Source of the DNA: an uncultured Bacteroidota bacterium
Lineage (GTDB): Bacteria > Bacteroidota > Bacteroidia > Chitinophagales > Saprospiraceae
Length of the DNA stretch: 62,430 nucleotides
NCBI GenBank assembly: GCA_903836265.1
Contig: CAILQK010000258.1
Span: forward strand, 1-62,430
Reading direction: 5' to 3'
A model generated the notes under the pieces. It did no database searches. It was not told the origin of the DNA and worked only from the letters and a program-made list of their open reading frames with translations. Below are positions 58,501 to 62,430 of this stretch, piece after piece. Within the stretch, counting starts at the first letter, position 1. Each line of letters begins with the position of its first letter. The position numbers and the translations under genes are program-made.

Positions 58501-58624
58501 GACTGCCTTCCCAGAATTCGACGTCAGCCGGCTGCAGCGACAGCGCCAGCTGACGCTGCAAATCCAGGGCAGTCTGCTCGTCGGCAGCATCGCGGGACAG
58601 GAAAATACGCAGTACAGTACTCAT
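55583..58624 (-). CDS. 1013-aa protein with an N-terminal TIR_2-like domain and a large uncharacterised helical region
   Basis: Clean ATG-initiated ORF with no signal peptide. Residues 5-85 read RIFLSRDAADEQTALDLQRQL..VEFWEG..VPPEEY...FIESAGLFIALLSMNYEDKSETRFEYDVA, which follows the TIR_2 strand/helix pattern. I recognised no P-loop or other catalytic motif in the remainder. Confidence 0.7.
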   Translation of the reverse strand: MSTVLRIFLSRDAADEQTALDLQRQLALSLQPADVEFWEGSQVPPEEYRASAAAFIESAGLFIALLSMNYEDKSETRFEYDVAVKSQPVRPALQIATARARACDTPARLRPFPELLPAPESIENPDIDRNRQLQRVAVNAVRVIHAAPDSSAVPPGHIELPVTVADLRERLLAQTDRINHAPLLALLKKLIQDVPARRLSLDIEDAFGHLREQMRLSAVSVTELEKEAAPLQSDLRYLVESLSEEQLDPDWRSIFIRDYYHFTPGSRDESKAPPFFIPGDDIIVPVSAASEDGGVAGLLSPAQQNDFRRYLLLARDALAVKNPVLAFSFCDQVRRQIDAQSAQLYEYLLITCIQQETPARAMETALEGNDRVLQHILLFASRLRDYQTKGKCPSSTAGHNLAIASESISDAALRLYYNLPNDSIRHTGKHAEQVPDNRMKLRVILENTLKVCRIVHPSEELIEVAVIESCGGGKYSWLQKVSVVDGHFQFTPLGRHDLLGEIQELLYMLESMEQETAGKVVKSRAMLREDLFYSLLAKRQALRNQLAEDERRSRPFTDVRESVVRFTYACLLGAHVFGDTDPLGHGNSFYRLALEYLLPGLLNVPPESEVATVRWFTLDDNGNLIPCPECAACDFDAYGIVHKIVSDAAGEHAWLKIQPNLHETVYLEFIRDTEKNYEKAVKGLSFTDFRQMNRLDARRILIDCLKRRVIAQKARPERGMVFLEEALRELTGDGLLTWLAHNPHTLAADPDSLALGFDAHGALKYILDTMQAAGVPVTEEDIRAQIAINLFHKRILPEYEKIKRGENGRRTDVELLLYEAVSNYKLYPDTRYLDLVWRELTEEVKFDWIDISENGKDYNTSPSGFDAIAVLRALHAAQPALYDLAGARERIADRRYSDQVRLYHREISEFADENLEPERKIAIDIIRNLKGIYLYYPKAEYLEIPWDELYDKAGKRRIRWNAPFLGFIPTNTDHHENHKYHFNLKFERYDLKRLLDNQYSEMQRVLRETGKII

Positions 58625-58810
58625 AACAGGTTCGCAAATATACCGCGCAATGCGCTGAAAAGACTCAATGTATTACACATAAAATGAAGTAAAGAGGCTC
58701 AGGCGCCCTCCGGGCTTCAGGAAAAGACCTTACAGGGAGTCAAATTTGCCTGATTCTTACATTTATTTCAAGAATAGCTGATTAAATCCTGAAAGTTGGG
58801 GATAATGTTG

Positions 58811-58818
58811 TACATTTG
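58811..58818 (+). promoter_or_regulatory. candidate -7 box (TACATTTG) upstream of the cold-shock gene
   Basis: Matches TAnnTTTG and lies 39 nt upstream of the ATG at 58857. Confidence 0.35.
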
Positions 58819-58856
58819 TTGTTGGTATATACCACATCACTTTTTTCTTTTTTCTC

Positions 58857-59048
58857 ATGCGTACTGGCACAGTAAAATTTTTCAACACCACAAAAGGCTT
58901 TGGTTTCATCATTGACTCTTCCACCGGCGAAGAGATTTTTGTCCACGTAAGTGGCGTCGTAGGCGAAATTCGCCAGGGCGACACCGTTACATTCGAAACA
59001 CAGAAGGGCAAAAAAGGCGTGAATGCAGTTAATGTACAGCTTGCTTAA
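58857..59048 (+). CDS. cold-shock protein (CspA family)
   Basis: GTVKFFNTTKGFGFI (RNP1) and FVHVSG (RNP2). 63 aa. Confidence 0.9.
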   Translation: MRTGTVKFFNTTKGFGFIIDSSTGEEIFVHVSGVVGEIRQGDTVTFETQKGKKGVNAVNVQLA

Positions 59049-59079
59049 GCGCAGCTGACCTAATAAATATTCATTCCTG

Positions 59080-59113
59080 ACTCCGGGGGCTATCAGCCTC
59101 CGGAGTTTTTTTT
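59080..59113 (+). terminator. intrinsic terminator of the cold-shock gene
   Basis: A 10-bp stem (ACTCCGGGGG / CCTCCGGAGT, one G-U pair), a 7-nt loop, then TTTTTTTT. Confidence 0.7.
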
Positions 59114-59209
59114 GTACTGACCCGGCTTTATATTGGCGCCAAAAGTCTGTTTTAAGACATAAAACTCATACTTTTTTATTGAAAATACACAATTCACGAA
59201 GCAACTGAC

Positions 59210-59217
59210 TATATTTG
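59210..59217 (+). promoter_or_regulatory. candidate -7 box (TATATTTG) upstream of the lactonase gene
   Basis: Matches TAnnTTTG and lies 45 nt upstream of the GTG at 59262. Confidence 0.3.
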
Positions 59218-59261
59218 CCATTCATACGTATCTTCTGTTCACAAGCATATCGGCGATTTCT

Positions 59262-60371
59262 GTGAAAAATCAATTCTTGTTTTCAATTCTTTCCCTGGCA
59301 CTGCCTCTTTTTCTTTCTGCGCAGGATCGCCTCCTTTATGTGGGTACCTATACGACCCGCGGGAGCGAGGGTATATACGTTTATCGTTTCAATTCCAGAA
59401 CCGGCGCGATGACACGTACCGATGTAACCGGAGGCATTGAAAACCCCTCTTTTCTGGCATCTTCTCCCGATGGGAAGTACCTGTATGCAGTGGCAGAAAA
59501 TCCGGACGGAGCGGTAAATGCCTACAAATCGGATCCGGAAAGCGGCAAACTGACCTTTATGAACCGGCAGTCGTCTCGTGGTTCCTGGCCCTGCCATCTT
59601 GCTGTTGACAAAACCGGGAAAATATGTATTGCGGGCAACTACGGCTCGGGCAACTTTTCAGTATTTCCTGTTCAGGCAGACGGGTCGCTGGGCGAGAGCC
59701 GGCAAACCATTCAGCATGAAGGCAGCAGTGTCATAAAAGATCGCCAGGAGGGCCCGCATGTACATTGCACAGGTTACGTTCCAAATAACGACGGGTTGTT
59801 TGTCGCCGACCTGGGTACCGACCGGATATATGGCTACAACATGGATCCCGCAACCGGTCGCCTGTGGTCGGCCGAGCCACTTTACTTCGAGGCTGCGCCC
59901 GGAGCCGGGCCAAGGCATTTTGTATTCCACCCCAATGGTCGTTACGTTTATGCAGTCATGGAGCTGAACTGTACCGTAAACGTGCTCAAATTTGAAAACG
60001 GCGGACTGGAGAAACTGCAGAGCATCGGTACTTTGCCGGAAGGATACAATGAAAAAAATTCGTGCGCCGACATACACGTTTCGCCCGATGGAAAATTTCT
60101 TTATGCATCAAACCGCGGTCACAACAGCATCGTGGCATACAGTATTGATCCGAAAACCGGCGGACTGACTCTGCTTGATTTTTATCCGACGCTGGGCAGT
60201 GCACCCCGGAATTTCACACTGGATCCATCGGGAAAATTTCTGCTGGTTGCCAATCAGGACAGCGACTCGGTACAAATTTACAAACGCGACGGGCGAAGTG
60301 GCAGACTGAAGTATCACTCGAAAGGTGCCGACATATCCATGCCAGTATGTTTGCTGTTCAGACCTGAATAA
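59262..60371 (+). CDS. 7-bladed beta-propeller lactonase (6-phosphogluconolactonase YbhE-like), secreted
   Basis: LYVGTYT..GSEGIYVY, PSFLASSPDGKYLYAV, GPRHFVFHPNGRYVYAVMEL, VSPDGKFLYASNRG and PRNFTLDPSGKFLLVANQDSD are present. The start is GTG and a signal peptide follows. Confidence 0.8.
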   Translation: MKNQFLFSILSLALPLFLSAQDRLLYVGTYTTRGSEGIYVYRFNSRTGAMTRTDVTGGIENPSFLASSPDGKYLYAVAENPDGAVNAYKSDPESGKLTFMNRQSSRGSWPCHLAVDKTGKICIAGNYGSGNFSVFPVQADGSLGESRQTIQHEGSSVIKDRQEGPHVHCTGYVPNNDGLFVADLGTDRIYGYNMDPATGRLWSAEPLYFEAAPGAGPRHFVFHPNGRYVYAVMELNCTVNVLKFENGGLEKLQSIGTLPEGYNEKNSCADIHVSPDGKFLYASNRGHNSIVAYSIDPKTGGLTLLDFYPTLGSAPRNFTLDPSGKFLLVANQDSDSVQIYKRDGRSGRLKYHSKGADISMPVCLLFRPE

Positions 60372-60422
60372 GTTATCATACTTTTTTTAATCCTTTTTTA
60401 CAAGATTAAGGAAACAGCATCC

Positions 60423-60430
60423 TACCTTTG
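60423..60430 (+). promoter_or_regulatory. candidate -7 box (TACCTTTG) at the head of the carB leader
   Basis: Matches TAnnTTTG and lies 10 nt upstream of the uORF ATG at 60440. Confidence 0.3.
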
Positions 60431-60472
60431 TGCTCCGAAATGAAAAAACGAAACAACGTCTTTCAATTCGGC

Positions 60473-60518
60473 AAATGCCGGAAACTGGGTTCCTGACGCC
60501 AGTTTCCGGCATTTTTTG
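60473..60518 (+). terminator. strong intrinsic terminator or attenuator hairpin immediately upstream of carB
   Basis: GCCGGAAACTGG (60477-60488), a 10-nt loop, then CCAGTTTCCGGC (60499-60510). This is a perfect 12-bp stem followed by ATTTTTTGTTT. Confidence 0.6.
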
Positions 60519-60541
60519 TTTCTAAAAGGAAATTCTTGCAC

Positions 60542-62430
60542 GTGCGCGACCAGTCTATCAATACCGTTCTGATTATCGGATCCGGCCCGATTATTATCGG
60601 CCAGGCATGCGAATTTGATTACTCGGGCTCTCAGGCCAGCCGCTCTCTGAGAGAAGAGGGCATCAAAGTAGGCCTGATCAATTCCAATCCGGCCACTATC
60701 ATGACCGATCCTGTCACGGCTGATTATATCTACCTGCGCCCGCTGACACCCGAGAGCATCGAAAAAATTCTGCAGGAGCATCAGGACAATCCGGATTTGC
60801 CGGCTTTCGATGTGGTACTCCCCACCATGGGCGGACAGACTGCACTCAACCTGGCCATTGAATGTGAGAAACTGGGTATCTGGGAACAGTACAACTGCCG
60901 GATGATTGGCGTTGATACAGCCGCAATTGAACGCACCGAAAATCGGGAAGAGTTCAAAAAACTGGTCAACGAGCTCGGACTGAAAGTAGCTCCCTCTTTT
61001 ATTGCCAACTCCTTCCTCGAGGGCAAAGAGGCCGCACAAAAAATCGGTTTCCCGCTTGTGATACGCCCCTCCTACACTCTTGGTGGAACCGGAGGCGGTT
61101 TCGTCATGAAGGAAGAAGAGTTTGATGAAGCCCTGAAGCGTGGACTGAATGCCTCCCCGACGCACGAGGTACTCGTTGAAAAGGCAGTACTGGGCTGGAA
61201 AGAATTCGAGCTGGAACTGCTCCGCGACCAGCACGACAATGTAGTAGTTATATGTACTGTGGAGAACCTCGACCCCATGGGAATACACACCGGCGACTCC
61301 ATCACCGTAGCTCCGGCCATGACACTTTCCGACACTTCCTATCAGGATATGCGCAATCAGGCAATCAAAATCATGCGCGCACTGGGCAATTTTGCGGGAG
61401 GCTGCAATGTGCAGTTCGCACAAAATCCTGAAAATGAGGAGCTTATTGCCATAGAAGTAAACCCGAGGGTATCGCGATCTTCTGCACTGGCATCCAAAGC
61501 AACCGGCTATCCTATTGCCAAGATAGCAGCGAAGCTGGCCATCGGATATACCCTCGACGAACTGAAAAACCAGATTACCAAAACCACATCGGCCCTGTTC
61601 GAGCCCACACTCGACTATGTAATTGTAAAGATGCCGCGCTGGAATTTTGAAAAATTCCACGGTGCCGATACACGTCTTGGTCTGCAGATGAAATCGGTGG
61701 GAGAAGTCATGGCAATTGGCCGCAGCTTTAACGAGGCCATGCAGAAGGCCTGCCAGAGCCAGGAGAACAACCGCGCCGGACTCGGTGCAGACCGGAAGGA
61801 ATGGATGAGCACGGAAGATATTCTCACCCGTCTCGAGCTGGTCAGCGACGACCGGATTTACCGGGTCAGAGATGCCCTCCGCCTGGGAATTGCCTCCAAA
61901 ACGGTCCAAAAGCTCACCCATATTGATCCCTGGTTCATCAATCAGATCAAGGAGCTGGTGAAGCTGGAAGACCGTCTGCTGAAGTTCAACGTGGCCGACG
62001 ACCTGACGCCCGAGTTCCTCATGGAGCTCAAGAAAAATGGCTACTCGGATGCACAGATTGCCTGGGTAATGCGTATCAATGAAGAGGATGTAACCCGCCG
62101 ACGCAAACAGCTGGGTATTCGCAGGGTTTACAAGATGGTGGATACATGCGCTGCAGAATTTGAGTCGAAAACCAATTATTTCTATTCCACGTTCGACAGC
62201 AAAAACGAGAGCCGCCGCTCCGACAAAAAGAAAATAGTGGTGCTTGGCTCGGGCCCCAACCGTATCGGTCAGGGCATCGAATTCGATTACTGCTGCGTAC
62301 ACGGAGTATTGGCCATCAAAGAGGTGGGTTATGAGGCAATTATGGTCAACTGCAATCCGGAAACAGTTTCCACGGATTATGATCTTGCCGACAAACTGTA
62401 TTTCGAGCCGGTTTACTGGGAGCACCTCGA
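60542..62430 (+). CDS. carB: carbamoyl-phosphate synthase large subunit (5' partial, runs off the window)
   Basis: The plus-strand translation gives (M)RDQSINTVLIIGSGPIIIGQACEFDYSGSQASRSLREEGIKVGLINSNPATIMTDP... and stays open to 62430 (...NCNPETVSTDYDLADKLYFEP). It is absent from the ORF track because it has no stop in the window. The start is GTG 60542 or TTG 60536. Confidence 0.9.
   Translation, partial: MRDQSINTVLIIGSGPIIIGQACEFDYSGSQASRSLREEGIKVGLINSNPATIMTDPVTADYIYLRPLTPESIEKILQEHQDNPDLPAFDVVLPTMGGQTALNLAIECEKLGIWEQYNCRMIGVDTAAIERTENREEFKKLVNELGLKVAPSFIANSFLEGKEAAQKIGFPLVIRPSYTLGGTGGGFVMKEEEFDEALKRGLNASPTHEVLVEKAVLGWKEFELELLRDQHDNVVVICTVENLDPMGIHTGDSITVAPAMTLSDTSYQDMRNQAIKIMRALGNFAGGCNVQFAQNPENEELIAIEVNPRVSRSSALASKATGYPIAKIAAKLAIGYTLDELKNQITKTTSALFEPTLDYVIVKMPRWNFEKFHGADTRLGLQMKSVGEVMAIGRSFNEAMQKACQSQENNRAGLGADRKEWMSTEDILTRLELVSDDRIYRVRDALRLGIASKTVQKLTHIDPWFINQIKELVKLEDRLLKFNVADDLTPEFLMELKKNGYSDAQIAWVMRINEEDVTRRRKQLGIRRVYKMVDTCAAEFESKTNYFYSTFDSKNESRRSDKKKIVVLGSGPNRIGQGIEFDYCCVHGVLAIKEVGYEAIMVNCNPETVSTDYDLADKLYFEPVYWEHL

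Noticed and set aside
60440-60496. The uORF upstream of carB as an arginine- or pyrimidine-sensing leader peptide in the strict sense.
   Set aside because: It has only two Arg codons and no codon run, and I could not find a convincing anti-terminator pairing by eye. It is kept as a candidate attenuator in the findings, but a specific sensing mechanism is not supported.
60422-62425. 667-aa minus-strand ORF, the longest ORF listed at the 3' end of the window.
   Set aside because: The plus strand over the same span encodes an unmistakable CarB N-terminal half (LIIGSGPIIIGQACEFDYSG...NCNPETVSTDY). The minus-strand translation is a motif-free, Cys/His/Phe/Arg-rich shadow ORF. carB is missing from the track only because it has no stop codon inside the window.
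1-62430. Search for rRNA, tRNA, tmRNA, RNase P, SRP RNA, CRISPR arrays, transposases, integrases and phage genes.
   Set aside because: I saw no T-loop (GGTTCGAATCC-type) signatures in non-coding DNA, no regularly spaced repeats, and no DDE, tyrosine-recombinase or serine-recombinase-like ORFs. A covariance-model scan (tRNAscan-SE, Infernal) would be needed to exclude small RNAs formally.

Overview
This window is a densely packed chromosomal segment from a Bacteroidota genome. The phylum call rests on a SusC/SusD pair, T9SS C-terminal sorting domains, PorX-like and PorW/SprE-like genes, TAnnTTTG -7 boxes and the absence of Shine-Dalgarno signals. I support about 45 protein genes, mostly envelope and housekeeping: lspA, fbp, ABC-F, lpxD, mutL, csp, a partial carB, an alpha-2-macroglobulin, GH20 and peptidases. 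By eye I found no rRNA, tRNA, CRISPR array, transposase or integrase. The ORF track misses carB because it runs off the 3' end, and shows a 667-aa antisense shadow ORF in its place. Several N-termini in the track are over-extended and were trimmed to signal-peptide starts. The strongest candidate for something undescribed is a 1013-aa protein (55583..58624, minus strand). Its first ~95 residues follow a TIR_2-like pattern, and the remaining ~900 residues match nothing I recognise. It is translationally coupled (ATGA overlap) to a YihX-like HAD phosphatase and then to an acyltransferase_3. Other points worth a second look:
- A SusD carrying a ~200-aa internal insertion paralogous to the downstream SusE/F-like protein.
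- A MutL with a degenerate endonuclease metal site, in an operon with two rhomboids and a membrane-anchored EEP nuclease.
- A thioredoxin gene broken by a 1-nt loss in a T-run directly before WCGPC.
- A perfect 12-bp terminator about 25 nt upstream of carB, preceded by a promoter-like box and a uORF (possible attenuator).
- A metzincin plus co-transcribed lipoprotein pair in a stretch that looks AT-richer.
- An orphan terminator and phased A/T tracts in the largest intergenic gap.
All functional calls come from motif and pattern recognition by eye. No database search was run.
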